Shown: positions 63,892 through 64,000 of the stretch, piece after piece
Layout of the letters: each line of letters begins with the position of its first letter
Numbering within the stretch: the first letter of the stretch is position 1
Source of the DNA: Elainellaceae cyanobacterium
GTDB lineage: Bacteria > Cyanobacteriota > Cyanobacteriia > CAKZMO01
Length of the DNA stretch: 64,000 nucleotides
Direction of reading: 5' to 3'
Assembly: GCA_049647405.1 (NCBI GenBank)
Contig: JBARXP010000451.1
Location: forward strand, 14,771 to 78,770
Notes under the pieces: model-generated
Database searches by the model: none
Seen by the model: the letters and a program-made list of their open reading frames with translations, nothing else
What the model was told of the DNA's origin: nothing
Translations under genes and position numbers: made by a program

Positions 63892-64000
63892 ATGTTAGGA
63901 GCGATCGCAGGCGACATGATTGGTTCGCCTTACGAGTTCAATGGTCACAAAACCAAAGACTTCCCGCTATTCACCGAGCGCAGCGGCTTCACCGACGACA
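63892..64000 (+). CDS. ADP-ribosylglycohydrolase family protein (5' partial, continues past window)
   Basis: MLGAIAGDMIGSPYEF matches the N-terminal motif of the DraG/ARH family; GGAG SD upstream. Confidence 0.55.
   Translation, partial: MLGAIAGDMIGSPYEFNGHKTKDFPLFTERSGFTDD

Overview
This 64 kb window is a chromosomal segment from a cyanobacterium. The HIP1 octamer GCGATCGC recurs many dozens of times inside genes, GC is about 53%, and the gene set fits (cyanobacterial-type spc cluster lacking rpsJ/rpsN/rpmD, menF, OprB/SLH porin, unidomain SPS-like enzyme, NrtR, HEAT/CpcE-like protein).

**Right third (46.3-62.5 kb, minus strand).** One long ribosomal super-operon: rplC-rplD-rplW-rplB-rpsS-rplV-rpsC-rplP-rpmC-rpsQ-rplN-rplX-rplE-rpsH-rplF-rplR-rpsE-rplO-secY-infA-rpmJ-rpsM-rpsK-rpoA-rplQ-truA-rplM-rpsI-rpmE, followed by prfA. 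adk is not between secY and infA, and infA appears to use a TTG start.

**Left two thirds.** Mostly housekeeping genes: cobB, menF, an XPB-like helicase, a Ca2+/H+ exchanger, a GH1 beta-glucosidase, a 1165-aa TPR+GT9+GT4 fusion protein, tRNA-Ser(GCU), an SPS-like GT, an HNH nuclease, a DHH phosphoesterase, a PotC-like permease, an SLH/OprB porin, 2-Cys peroxiredoxin, a metallophosphoesterase, plsY, a UbiH-like monooxygenase, a Trx-like lipoprotein, an NhaP antiporter with an RCK domain, mltA, queF, dprA, a tandem CobO-like protein, a glycogen debranching enzyme, proA, an SbcD-like nuclease, and a divergent nrtR-like Nudix regulator/ADP-ribosylglycohydrolase pair at the right edge.

**Unexplained or unusual structure.**
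- A small palindromic MITE-like repeat family sharing a GGGATTTAGGG core: two full copies with perfect terminal inverted repeats and at least one fragment.
- Two AT-rich gene deserts, each with at most one HIP1 site (12.9-14.2 kb next to the tRNA, and 25.0-26.4 kb). The second is followed by an uncharacterised 255-aa protein whose central region looks like a TIR/SLOG-type Rossmann domain.
- In-frame short tandem repeats inside menF, the XPB helicase, the porin and mltA.
- Repeat-dense candidate regulatory regions upstream of the TPR-GT gene, proA/GDE and the HEAT-repeat gene.
- A pair of identical TAGTGT-N7-ACACTA palindromes in the nrtR/ADP-ribosylglycohydrolase divergent promoter.

No CRISPR array, transposase, integrase or rRNA gene was seen. 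All coordinates and calls come from reading the sequence and the ORF track; no database searches were run.
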